Positions 63,431 through 64,000 of a DNA stretch of 64,000 nucleotides are shown here, in pieces. The stretch lies in assembly GCA_030390025.1 (NCBI GenBank), contig CM059430.1:11594001-11658000 (forward strand). Direction: 5' to 3'. Every line of letters starts with the position of its first letter. The first letter of the stretch is position 1. The notes beneath the pieces were generated by a model that saw only the letters and a program-made list of their open reading frames with translations, ran no database searches and was not told the origin of the DNA. This stretch comes from Squalus acanthias. Its lineage: Eukaryota. The translations under genes were made by a program, and so were the position numbers.

Positions 63431-64000
63431 TGTGGTTTAAATAAAACGCATTGGGATACGTGTTTTTGTTGAGTTATTGGGTCTTTCCTGTCATACATCC
63501 TCATTCTTTTATGTTTTTGGTGAGAGATCTTTGGGCGATACATTGTTAAATGTTTTCTTTTTAAGACCTGCTAACGGTCGTCAGACACAAGTGTTACCAA
63601 CATAATATTCAGTTTCTCACTAAAGTGGAATTGAGATACAGAGTAGATGCTTCTTTCCATGGTATCTGTTTCAGTCTTGCTAATACTTTGTTCATGTTTC
63701 ACTGCAAAGCCTGTTCAAGGGTCCTTTTCTACTTTATGCAGAGTTTCAGTTTCATTTCACTCTAATTGAAAGCATGATGGAACTGAAGTACATAAATACA
63801 AATCAGATAGTCAAACCAGTAACTACGTCCTCACTGTCCTGGGATAATGTTCATTTGAAAAACAAACTCCAGGGAATTAACAGGAAAAATTAAAGAGCTA
63901 TGGTGCATGCTTCTTATTTACAGATTTTTTATAAAGGTAAGGAATTGAATGCAGATTTGTGTGGTTTATTGGGAATATTGTTGACTTTAATTGAAGTGTT

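Noticed and set aside
63289-63543. Functional NOP53 exon
   Set aside because: In-frame stop, SINE insertion, apparent intron loss and no other exons in the window.

Overview
Repeat-dense, apparently intergenic or deep-intronic vertebrate DNA. The repeat families (SacSINE1-type DeuSINEs, shark-type CR1, L2 and RTE LINEs) point to a cartilaginous fish, probably a shark. I found no intact host protein-coding gene, and the long ORFs in the track are LINE ORF2 fragments or chance frames. The window holds many CR1 pieces (longest about 46110-48056, with a FADD RT motif), L2 and RTE copies, several SINE families, hAT MITEs with 8-bp TSDs, GC-rich PIF/Harbinger-type non-autonomous elements with 3-bp TSDs, two decayed Harbinger transposase genes, three tandem repeats, and a SINE-interrupted processed NOP53 fragment. 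The most notable signals are: (1) two diverged copies of a ~730-bp TIR element with four hairpins showing compensatory changes plus conserved splice signals; (2) a MITE family that seems to fuse the starts of the two convergent Harbinger genes; (3) an RTE insertion whose TSD encloses an extra tandem-repeat block (candidate 5' inversion); (4) a local 190-bp templated duplication. Family names come from my recall of consensus sequences, not database searches, and boundaries of old repeats are approximate.
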